NCBI GenBank assembly: GCA_033763315.1
Contig: JANRKS010000008.1
Span: 26,175 to 58,174, forward strand
Reading direction: 5' to 3'
Length of the DNA stretch: 32,000 bases
Source: Deltaproteobacteria bacterium
Lineage (GTDB): Bacteria; Myxococcota_A; Polyangia; Fen-1088
Part shown: piece after piece, positions 17,031-24,957 of the stretch
Layout of the letters: each line of letters begins with the position of its first letter
Position numbering within the stretch: position 1 is the stretch's first letter
Program-made: the position numbers and the translations under genes
The notes under the pieces: model-generated
What the model was told of the DNA's origin: nothing
Seen by the model: the letters and a program-made list of their open reading frames with translations, nothing else
Databases searched by the model: none

Positions 17031-18481
17031 GCCGATATTCATTTGATCGACGAACGTTGTTGGCGGGGCTAGGTGGCGGCTTGGTTCCCCTGTTGGCACC
17101 ACACGGCGCCCGCGCGGCGTCCGCCACGCCGAAGCGATTGGTTGTGATCGCGGTGCCGAACGGATACACCGCCGACTACCTTCCTGAAGTTGTGGGCACG
17201 GGATGGCAAGCACGCGCCACCGAATTCTCACCTCTGCAGCCCTTGGAGCCGTGGAAAGATCGTTTGCTGGTGATGGGCGGCATCAACGTCCAAAACGGCA
17301 TCGACACCGGCAAAGACGTGAAGAAGGATCCAAACGCAACGATCGCGGGCCACGCGATCATGCCCTTCTTGCTGACCGGCGCAAAGGGCGTGGCAGGGCC
17401 ATCAATCCCGGACGGATGGAGCTTAACGGCCAGCCATTGCTCGGTCGACCAATACGTCGTGCAGAAACTGCCAGCCGTCAGCGGCCGCCCGTTTCCTTCT
17501 TTGGTGATGCGACCCGTGGCGCTTTCGGCAGGCGGTTACGGCAACACACCGCTTTCGTATTCAGGAAAAACCCTGGACGGCAAGAGCCACAACGCGCCTT
17601 CGATTCGCGAGAATCCGTTCACGGTGTTTGATGATTTGTTCGGTGGCAAGATTGACATCACGGCGCTGCAAAGGCAGCGCGCCAAGCGCAAATCCATCCT
17701 GGATTTTTCATCGCGGCAGCTCAAGCAGGTGCAAGCTCGCGTGGGAAGCGATGACAAGCAGCGAATTGAAAACCACCTCACTGCCATTACAGAAATTGAA
17801 AAGCAGCTTGCGACGATGAGCGGCGCTTGCCAGGCACCGGGGCGCGCCGACGAAACCATATGGTCAACGTCGCAGAGCAATCCGAAGATGAACCTGGTGA
17901 TCCGCACGCAGATTGATCTGACCGTGGCCGCGATGGCGTGCGATCTCACGCGCGTGGCGAGCCATTCCTGGTGTTCGTCGAACAACAACACGATCGTGTT
18001 TCCCTGGCTTGCGGATCGCATTGCAAGCCTGAACGACACCTGGACGGGAACCGAAACCGGCGGATCAGGCAACAATCTGCGCAACCACCACACGATCGCT
18101 CACAACGAGGGTCAGCTTAAGCGCGAGAAGAACTTGGTGGATCGATTCTTCATTGAATGCTTTGCGTACTTTATCGAGAAGCTATCGAAGACGATGGATC
18201 CCGATGGCCGGCCCATGATTGAAAATACGCTGGTGTTGTATGCCAATATGCAGCGCACTGGCGGCGGCCATCAGACCGACAACTTGCAGTGGTTCCTGGC
18301 GGGCAACGCCAACGGCTACTTCAAGCAGGGCCGCTACCTCCCCTTCCTGTCGGGCAAGACGAATCAGATGGCGCCCACAAATGGATTGCTCACAGCGATC
18401 GTGAATGCGATGGGGTGCCCGCCCGTGGATAGCTTCGGTGATCCTGCCTACGGCGGCGAGGCCACCATCTTGCGCGGATAG
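17027..18481 (+). CDS. DUF1552 domain protein, Tat-exported
   Basis: N-terminus FDRRTLLAGLGGGLVPLLAPHGARA; 'GHAIMPFLLTG', 'PSIPDGWSLTASHCSVDQYVVQKL', 'SIRENPFTVFDDLFGG', 'RKSILDF', 'NLVIRTQIDLTVAAMACDLTRV' are DUF1552 signatures. ATGA overlap with the upstream gene. Confidence 0.85.
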   Translation: MSRYSFDRRTLLAGLGGGLVPLLAPHGARAASATPKRLVVIAVPNGYTADYLPEVVGTGWQARATEFSPLQPLEPWKDRLLVMGGINVQNGIDTGKDVKKDPNATIAGHAIMPFLLTGAKGVAGPSIPDGWSLTASHCSVDQYVVQKLPAVSGRPFPSLVMRPVALSAGGYGNTPLSYSGKTLDGKSHNAPSIRENPFTVFDDLFGGKIDITALQRQRAKRKSILDFSSRQLKQVQARVGSDDKQRIENHLTAITEIEKQLATMSGACQAPGRADETIWSTSQSNPKMNLVIRTQIDLTVAAMACDLTRVASHSWCSSNNNTIVFPWLADRIASLNDTWTGTETGGSGNNLRNHHTIAHNEGQLKREKNLVDRFFIECFAYFIEKLSKTMDPDGRPMIENTLVLYANMQRTGGGHQTDNLQWFLAGNANGYFKQGRYLPFLSGKTNQMAPTNGLLTAIVNAMGCPPVDSFGDPAYGGEATILRG

Positions 18482-18526
18482 CTGCGAGCGAAAGCGTCGG
18501 CCGTCGCGGCTTGCTAAAGCACAGCC

Positions 18527-18916
18527 ATGACGACGGAGTTGTGGTGTTTGGTGGGAAACGCCCTTTGGGGCTTGGGATTGGTGATGCTGGAGATCACTGG
18601 CAAAACAGCGGTGGCAGGGAGCGCCTGGAACAGCGGAAACCGTGAGACCTCGCCGGTTTTCCCGGTCTGGGTTCAGCGTGCGGGGCGGGCGCTGGCCAAT
18701 CATCAGGAGAACTTTCCCCTGTTCGCTGTGGCGGTGTTGGTGGTTCACCTCGCCGGCAAGGAAGACAGCATAAGCGGCACTGCCGCATTGGCCTACGTGG
18801 CCGCACGGGCGGTGCATGGTGTTTTGTACGTGGCCGGTGTGACAAAGCTCCGCACGTTGGCGTTCCTCGTTGGATTGTGCTCCGTGTTCGCGATCTTGAG
18901 CCGCTTGTTGAGCTGA
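18527..18916 (+). CDS. MAPEG family membrane protein
   Basis: 'RAGRALANHQENFPLFAVAVLVVHLAG...AALAYVAARAVHGVLYVAGVTKLRTLAFLVG' matches the MAPEG pattern (RAxxNxxEN; AR..Y..Y..G...R...F). Confidence 0.8.
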   Translation: MTTELWCLVGNALWGLGLVMLEITGKTAVAGSAWNSGNRETSPVFPVWVQRAGRALANHQENFPLFAVAVLVVHLAGKEDSISGTAALAYVAARAVHGVLYVAGVTKLRTLAFLVGLCSVFAILSRLLS

Positions 18917-18997
18917 GGCCGCTGACATTTTCGAGCATGTAAACCAAGCGCACCAACATCGCTCTGCAAATCTGAAAAGGCCCGCTACAATGCGGCC

Positions 18998-19852
18998 ATG
19001 TGCGAATTGCTCGGGATGGAATGCAATGTTCCGACGGACATCGTGTTTTCCTTCACAGCCTTAACGATGCGCGGCGGGATGACGGGTCCCCACGCCGATG
19101 GCTGGGGCTTGGCGCTTTACGATGGGCCGTTCGCGCAGATATTTCTCGAACCCAAACCCGCGTGCGACAGCCAGCTCGCACGGTTCTTGCGCGAAAACCC
19201 CACCCCGGTGCTGTTGGCAATTGCGCACGTTCGAAAGCGCACCCAAGGGCCCGTGGGCCTCGCGAACACGCATCCGTTCAAGCGCGTGTTGTGGGGACGC
19301 GATTGGGCTTTCGCGCACAATGGCACCTTGCCACACATTAAAGAAAAGCCTTTGCGCCGCTTCGTCCCCGTGGGGCAAACGGACAGCGAACACGCCTTTT
19401 GCTGGATCCTTGATCAGCTTGAGCAAGCCTTCCCGGATGGAGAGCCCGCAGACAATGCAGCGGTGGAACAGCTGATAGCAAAGCTCGGTGGATCGCTGGG
19501 GGCCGAAGGCAGCTGCAACTTCCTGCTTGGCGATGGGCGCCGGCTTTACGCGCGCTGTGGAACCAGGCTTTGTTACATCATCCGCAAAGCACCCTTTGGC
19601 GCGGCTACGTTGAAGGATGCCGAAGTGCGCGTCGACTTTCGCGCGGTCACCAGCGAGCTCGATCGCGTGGCAGTGGTTGCCACCGCGCCATTGACACGCG
19701 ACGAACGATGGGAAGAAGCGCGCCCCGGCACCTTGTGGGTGTTTCAGCAGGGGCGTTTGCACGCCGAACTGGTGAGCCGAGATCCCGCCGGACGACCCGA
19801 GTCGCCTGCTCTTTCGGTGGATGTGACCTCTAGCACAAGCCCCGCGCCCTGA
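18998..19852 (+). CDS. Class II glutamine amidotransferase (YafJ/EgtC-like)
   Basis: Starts MCELLGMECNVPTDIVFSF with Cys2 nucleophile; 'HADGWGLALYD', 'AHVRKRTQGPVGLANTHPF', 'WAFAHNGTLPHI'. Confidence 0.88.
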   Translation: MCELLGMECNVPTDIVFSFTALTMRGGMTGPHADGWGLALYDGPFAQIFLEPKPACDSQLARFLRENPTPVLLAIAHVRKRTQGPVGLANTHPFKRVLWGRDWAFAHNGTLPHIKEKPLRRFVPVGQTDSEHAFCWILDQLEQAFPDGEPADNAAVEQLIAKLGGSLGAEGSCNFLLGDGRRLYARCGTRLCYIIRKAPFGAATLKDAEVRVDFRAVTSELDRVAVVATAPLTRDERWEEARPGTLWVFQQGRLHAELVSRDPAGRPESPALSVDVTSSTSPAP

Positions 19853-19977
19853 GCTCTGAGGGTCTGGCAAGGTGTTGACGGCATCTTGTTTCCTCACTGG
19901 CGCTGTCTATACCCCAGAAGGGCTGTTCTCATAAAAGGCGCTTGGCAAACGTTGCCCGTTTCGCTTAAGTCGAGGGC

Positions 19978-21375
19978 GTGAAGCGCATCAATTCATCCGC
20001 AGGCCTTTCCCCGTTTTTCGTGAACCGACGGCGTTTTCTGCAAACCGCGCAGGCGGCGGCGGCTTTGGCAGCGTTGCCAGCCTGGGGGGCAGACGCGGTT
20101 GACTTGGTGAACGCCAAGGCCAAACGTGTGGGACTGATCGGCTGCGGATGGTACGGCAAAAGCGATCTGTGGCGGCTCATCCAGGTGGCGCCAGTGGATG
20201 TCGTCTCCTTGTGTGATCCCGACACCGATCTGTTGACTGGCGCTGCAGATCTGGCGGCCACGCGCCAAAGTTCTCACAAGCGGCCACGCACGTACCGCGA
20301 CTACCGCGAGATGTTGCGGGAGAAGGATCTCGACATCGTGATTGTGGGTTCGCCCGATCATTGGCATGCGTTGCACACGATCGCCGCGCTTGAAGCGGGC
20401 GCCGACGTTTACTGCCAAAAGCCTGTGAGCCGCGACGTGCGCGAAGGCGAAGCGATGGTGGATGCCGCCCGTAAACACAAACGCGTGATTCAGGTGGGCA
20501 CGCAGCGCAAGAGCACGCCTCACCTTGTGGAAGCAAAGAAGCAAATCATCGAGGGCGGCAGGTTAGGAAAGATTGGTCACATTGAGATGTGCTGCTATTT
20601 CCCTATGCGCGCCAATGGCAACCCACCGTTGCAGCCCGTTCCTCAAACGCTCGACTACGAACTGTGGACGGGCCCCGCACCGCTGCGGCCTTACGATGGT
20701 TCACCGCACGTGCGCTGGTGGCGCACTTTCAAGGAATATGGCAACGGGATCCTCGGCGATATGTGCGTGCATCTTTTGGACACCGCGCGATGGATGTTGG
20801 GGCTCGGCTGGCCTCGGCGGATATCATCGACGGGCGGGATCTTTGTTCAAAAGGGCGGCAAGTCGAACATTCCTGACACGCAAACAGCGACGTTCGAGTT
20901 CGATGACTTCAATGCCGTGTGGCAGCACCGATCGTGGGGGCAAGCTGTGGATCCGGATTATCCGTGGGGCCTGTTTCTTCACGGTGAAAAGGGTTTGTTG
21001 AAAGCAAGCACCACGCGGGCTGACTTCATTCCTTACGACAAAAAGGAAAAGCCAATTCACTTCGACTGCGTCTACGAAAAAGAGAAATATCCGGAAGACA
21101 TCACGGAGAAAGACATCGAACTTAACGCCGCGCCCGCGACGCGTGCGCACATGCTGGACTTCTTGGCCGCCGTGGCCACCCGCGGTCGGCCGCTGGCTGA
21201 CATCGAACAGGGCCACATCTCGACCGCCGCGTGCATTTTGGCAAACATCGCCATGGACGTGGGGCGCCCCGTGGCCTACGACCCCAAACTGCGGATCGTG
21301 ACCGCCGATCGCGAAGCCACAAACCTGTTGCGACGCCCCTACCGCAAGGGGTGGAAGCACCCGCATCAGGGTTGA
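19978..21375 (+). CDS. Gfo/Idh/MocA family oxidoreductase with Tat signal
   Basis: Twin-arginine leader NRRRFLQTAQAAAALAALPAWG; 'RVGLIGCGWYGKSDLWRL', 'LDIVIVGSPDHWHALHTIAALEAGADVYCQKPVSRDVREGEAMVDAARKHKRVIQVGTQR' (EKP-type motif). Confidence 0.9.
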   Translation: MKRINSSAGLSPFFVNRRRFLQTAQAAAALAALPAWGADAVDLVNAKAKRVGLIGCGWYGKSDLWRLIQVAPVDVVSLCDPDTDLLTGAADLAATRQSSHKRPRTYRDYREMLREKDLDIVIVGSPDHWHALHTIAALEAGADVYCQKPVSRDVREGEAMVDAARKHKRVIQVGTQRKSTPHLVEAKKQIIEGGRLGKIGHIEMCCYFPMRANGNPPLQPVPQTLDYELWTGPAPLRPYDGSPHVRWWRTFKEYGNGILGDMCVHLLDTARWMLGLGWPRRISSTGGIFVQKGGKSNIPDTQTATFEFDDFNAVWQHRSWGQAVDPDYPWGLFLHGEKGLLKASTTRADFIPYDKKEKPIHFDCVYEKEKYPEDITEKDIELNAAPATRAHMLDFLAAVATRGRPLADIEQGHISTAACILANIAMDVGRPVAYDPKLRIVTADREATNLLRRPYRKGWKHPHQG

Positions 21376-21487
21376 TGAGGCAGCAAGGCAGGGTTGCGTT
21401 GGTGGGCCACCCCGCCCCAAAAGACTTGGGCGTCGCACCCGAATAAATGAGGGTCGATGCCTGCATTGGCGGCGGTAGAGTTGGCCG

Positions 21488-24400
21488 GTGAAAGCCCGTG
21501 CTCTCGTTGCGCCCCTCCTCGCGTTGATTGTCGCCTGCGCGGCGGCTTACGCCGCTCCTGCTGATCCTTTGCTTGCAGGTTTTCTGCAACCGCCGCCACA
21601 GGCCAGGCCGCTGGTGTGGTGGCACTGGACCAATGGCAACGTCACGCAGGCCGCCATCACGGCGGATCTGGAGGCGATGCAGCGCGTGGGCATTGGTGGT
21701 GTGCAGTTGTTCGACGTCGACGTCGGGAACCCGCTGTTGGTGCCCACACCTGTTGATTACATGACGCCACGCTGGTTGCAGCTGCTCGCGTTCACGGCCC
21801 GTGAATGCAAACGTTTGGGGCTTTCGCTGAGCGTGCACAGCAGCGCGGGGTGGAGCGAATCAGGTGGACCTTGGGTGCGGCCAGCCGATGGCATGCGCAA
21901 ACTCGTGTGGAGTGAAACGCAAGTGACGGGGCCCACCACGTTTACGGGCACGCTGCCCTCGCCTCCGCGCGTGTTCGGGCCTTATGGCAATCTCGCACGC
22001 GAAAAGATGGGCACGCCGGCGGAGCGCTGGCCCGCGGAAGTGCCCGAAGATTATACGGACGAATACGTCTTGGCGTATCCAACGCCCGCGGGGCGTCGTT
22101 TCCCCGGCGCGAGCGGCACGCTTTCAGGCAATGTGCCGAACTTTGATCCGAAGGTTGTGACCGACGGCGACCTCAACACACGCTTGAAGCTGCCGTTTAC
22201 CGACGCTCACACGCCCGTGATGGTGGATGTCCACTTCGACGATCCCTTCGTCGCTCAGGCACTCAGCTTGGCGGCCGGTTGGATCGCTCCGTTGGGTGAA
22301 TTGCAAAGCAGCCAAGACGGAAAGACGTTTACAAAGGTCATCGACCTGCCGCGGCCGTCGGTGGGCAGCCGACCCATTCCCAAAACGGTGACGTTCACAC
22401 CTGTGAAGGCTAAGCACTTCCGGCTGGTGTTTTTACCGCGCACAAGCAAGCTGTCGTTCGAGTTCGCCGAGCTTCAGCTGTTTGAAGCACCACGCGTGCA
22501 CCGCTTTGAAGACAAAGCAGGCTTTGGCCTTTTGCCCGATGTGGACATCGAACGTGGCGCGCCGGCTGTGGGTGTGGATCCGAAACGCGTTGTGGATTTA
22601 ACGAAGCGCTTTAAGCAGGGGAAAGGTGTGTGGCAGGTCCCGGCAGGTTCGTGGACGTTGGTGCGCGTAGGGCACGCGGCCACCGGGATGAAGAACCGTC
22701 CTGCCACAGCGGCTGGTTTGGGTTTGGAGGTGGACAAACTAAACGCGCAGGCCGTGCGCAGATACATATCGACCTTTCTATCGCGACTGCAAGGCGCAGG
22801 CGTTTTCGCGGCGGGCTCGATGAACGGCGTGCTGATGGATAGCTGGGAGGCCGAACACCAGAATTGGACGCCTGGTTTTATGTCAGCCTTTCGCAAACGT
22901 CGCGGATATGATCCTCTGCCGTTTTTGCCGGCGATGACGGGCGCTGTGATAGTTAATGCCGAGGCAAGCGACCGCTTTTTGTGGGACGTGCGGCGCACGA
23001 TCGCTGATGAGCTTTCCAACAATCACTATGGCGTGGTGAGGCGGGCCGTGGCGGCGCGTGGATTGCGCTTGGAAGCCGAGGCCGTGGGGCAAGGCATGCC
23101 GATGATCGCCGATCAATTGCAAGCGCGCGGCCGCACCGATGTACCTATGGGCGAGTTTTGGGTTCCCGCACCAGGTGCACCTTTACAAGCGAAAGCAGAC
23201 TGCAAAGAAGCTGCGAGCGCGGCGCATATCTACGGCAAACAGCTCGTGGGCGCGGAAGCTTTCTCATCAGGCCCGGATGTGCCCGCGTGGAGCCAAACAC
23301 CGCGATCGCTGAAGGCTGTGGGCGATCTGCATTTCGCCACGGGGATTAATCGATTGTCGTTGCACCAGTTCACGTTGCAGCCCGATGACACGCGCAAACC
23401 TGGACTCACGCTGAAAGAATATGGTTCACCGTTTAATCGGCTGAATACTTGGTGGGACGCTTCGGGTGCGTGGTTCACGTATCTGTCGCGCGCGCAGTTC
23501 CTGCTGCAACAGGGTTGGTTCGTGGGCGACGTGGTTTACCTTTATGGAGAAGGGGCGCCCGCCACGGTGGCCGACAAGGCGGATTTGGTGCCCGCGATGC
23601 CGCCCGGCCGCGACTACGATTTTGTGAATACAGAAGCCTTGTTGAACCACGCGCGCATGCTTGATGGCGTGTTGAACTTTCCTGGCGCGCGAGGATTTCG
23701 GATATTGGTGATGCCACCAAGTCAAGTGGCCACGCCCGCATTGCTTTTGAAGTTGCGCGGCTTTGTACGCCAAGGCTTGACGGTGGTGGGTCCACGACCG
23801 CTGCGATCGCCTTCCTTGCGTGGTGATGCCGAAGTGAAAGCGTTGGCGGCCGAGCTGTGGGGGCCGTGTGAACAGGCCGCTTGTGAACACAAAGTGGGTC
23901 GTGGACGCGTGATAACCGGCGCCACGTTGGAAGCTGTTTTGCAGCAACAGAGCTCGCCCGCAGACATAGCGCTGGCCGGCGAAACGCAGCCGGACGCGGT
24001 GGCAACGATTCACCGTCAAACCAAAACCGATCACATCTATTTTCTGGCGAACCTCACCGAGTTCAAGCAGATCCTCAAGATTACACTGCGTGCGCAAGGA
24101 TCAACTTTGCAGATGTGGAATGCCGAAACAGGCGCGCACACATCCATTCCGTTTCATGTCGATGGGGCAACCATTCGCACCGACGTTGCGCTTAAGCCTT
24201 TAGAGTCAGTCTTTCTATTGGTTCGACAGGGAAAGGGTGACCAAGCAGCGGGCGAGATGGCTCAGGGCGCAGCCTTGGAAGTGGCGGGCCCCTGGGATGT
24301 TGAGTTCACGTCGCCGTTTGCGCAGGAGGCTTCCCATCACGAGACGTTTGCACGATTGCAATCGCTCTCGAAGCACGCCAACCCGTTGGTCCACCACTTC

Positions 24401-24739
24401 GCGGGCAACGCCACCTACCGCGCCCAGCTGCAAGTGCCGCGAAGCTCAGCGTTGACTCTAGACCTGGGCCACGTACACGATGTGGCACGTGTGCGGCTGA
24501 ACGGCAGCGAAGTGGCCACGCTGTGGAACCAGACCGGTGTGGATGTGACGAACTTCGTGCACGCCGGCCGCAATGAGCTTGAAATTATTGTGAGCGTAGG
24601 TTGGCCGAACCGCTTGATTGGCGATGCCGCTTTGCCACCCACCCAGCGAAAGACCTGGACCACGTTCAACCCCTACACAGCAACATCCCCCTTGAGGGAG
24701 GCAGGGTTGCTCGGGCCTGTGCGACTTATCCCTCGGTGA
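21488..24739 (+). CDS. Secreted glycoside hydrolase, GH106-like (alpha-L-rhamnosidase family)
   Basis: Signal peptide MKARALVAPLLALIVACAAAYA; 'VWWHWTNGNVTQAAITADLEAMQRVGIGGVQLFDVDVG', 'LSLSVHSSAGWSESGGPWVRPADGMRKLVWSETQVTG', 'GVLMDSWEAEHQNWTPGFMSAFRKRRGYDPLPFLPA', C-terminal 'GPWDVEF...TYRAQLQVP...LDLGHVHDVARVRLNGSEVATLW...GRNELEIIVSVGWPNRLIGD'. Confidence 0.83.
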   Translation: MKARALVAPLLALIVACAAAYAAPADPLLAGFLQPPPQARPLVWWHWTNGNVTQAAITADLEAMQRVGIGGVQLFDVDVGNPLLVPTPVDYMTPRWLQLLAFTARECKRLGLSLSVHSSAGWSESGGPWVRPADGMRKLVWSETQVTGPTTFTGTLPSPPRVFGPYGNLAREKMGTPAERWPAEVPEDYTDEYVLAYPTPAGRRFPGASGTLSGNVPNFDPKVVTDGDLNTRLKLPFTDAHTPVMVDVHFDDPFVAQALSLAAGWIAPLGELQSSQDGKTFTKVIDLPRPSVGSRPIPKTVTFTPVKAKHFRLVFLPRTSKLSFEFAELQLFEAPRVHRFEDKAGFGLLPDVDIERGAPAVGVDPKRVVDLTKRFKQGKGVWQVPAGSWTLVRVGHAATGMKNRPATAAGLGLEVDKLNAQAVRRYISTFLSRLQGAGVFAAGSMNGVLMDSWEAEHQNWTPGFMSAFRKRRGYDPLPFLPAMTGAVIVNAEASDRFLWDVRRTIADELSNNHYGVVRRAVAARGLRLEAEAVGQGMPMIADQLQARGRTDVPMGEFWVPAPGAPLQAKADCKEAASAAHIYGKQLVGAEAFSSGPDVPAWSQTPRSLKAVGDLHFATGINRLSLHQFTLQPDDTRKPGLTLKEYGSPFNRLNTWWDASGAWFTYLSRAQFLLQQGWFVGDVVYLYGEGAPATVADKADLVPAMPPGRDYDFVNTEALLNHARMLDGVLNFPGARGFRILVMPPSQVATPALLLKLRGFVRQGLTVVGPRPLRSPSLRGDAEVKALAAELWGPCEQAACEHKVGRGRVITGATLEAVLQQQSSPADIALAGETQPDAVATIHRQTKTDHIYFLANLTEFKQILKITLRAQGSTLQMWNAETGAHTSIPFHVDGATIRTDVALKPLESVFLLVRQGKGDQAAGEMAQGAALEVAGPWDVEFTSPFAQEASHHETFARLQSLSKHANPLVHHFAGNATYRAQLQVPRSSALTLDLGHVHDVARVRLNGSEVATLWNQTGVDVTNFVHAGRNELEIIVSVGWPNRLIGDAALPPTQRKTWTTFNPYTATSPLREAGLLGPVRLIPR

Positions 24740-24821
24740 TGCTAATTCGCATTTGTTCGGCTCGCACCCGAATCACGCCCCCACGCAGCTCTTGCTGCCT
24801 TGCACCTGCACGCTTGCCCTA

Positions 24822-24837
24822 TCACCTGGGCAGGTGA
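24822..24837. promoter_or_regulatory. Near-perfect palindrome TCACCTG-GG-CAGGTGA upstream of the PfaA-like gene
   Basis: Read directly from 'ctaTCACCTGGGCAGGTGAgcc'; 7-bp perfect arms separated by 2 nt in the 218-bp gap between the GH106-like and PfaA-like ORFs. Confidence 0.4.
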
Positions 24838-24957
24838 GCCGACCGATAAGACGATTCGGCGGCAGCCACATTCCCCCACGCCGGGGCACTTAAGACGCCA
24901 AGCGTCAGATAAAGCCACCGTCCCACGAACCTGAAAAGCCAGCGAAGTGGGGTTTCG

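Noticed and set aside
18182-18928. 248-aa minus-strand ORF spanning the DUF1552 end and MAPEG gene
   Set aside because: No recognisable domain and fully antisense to two supported genes.
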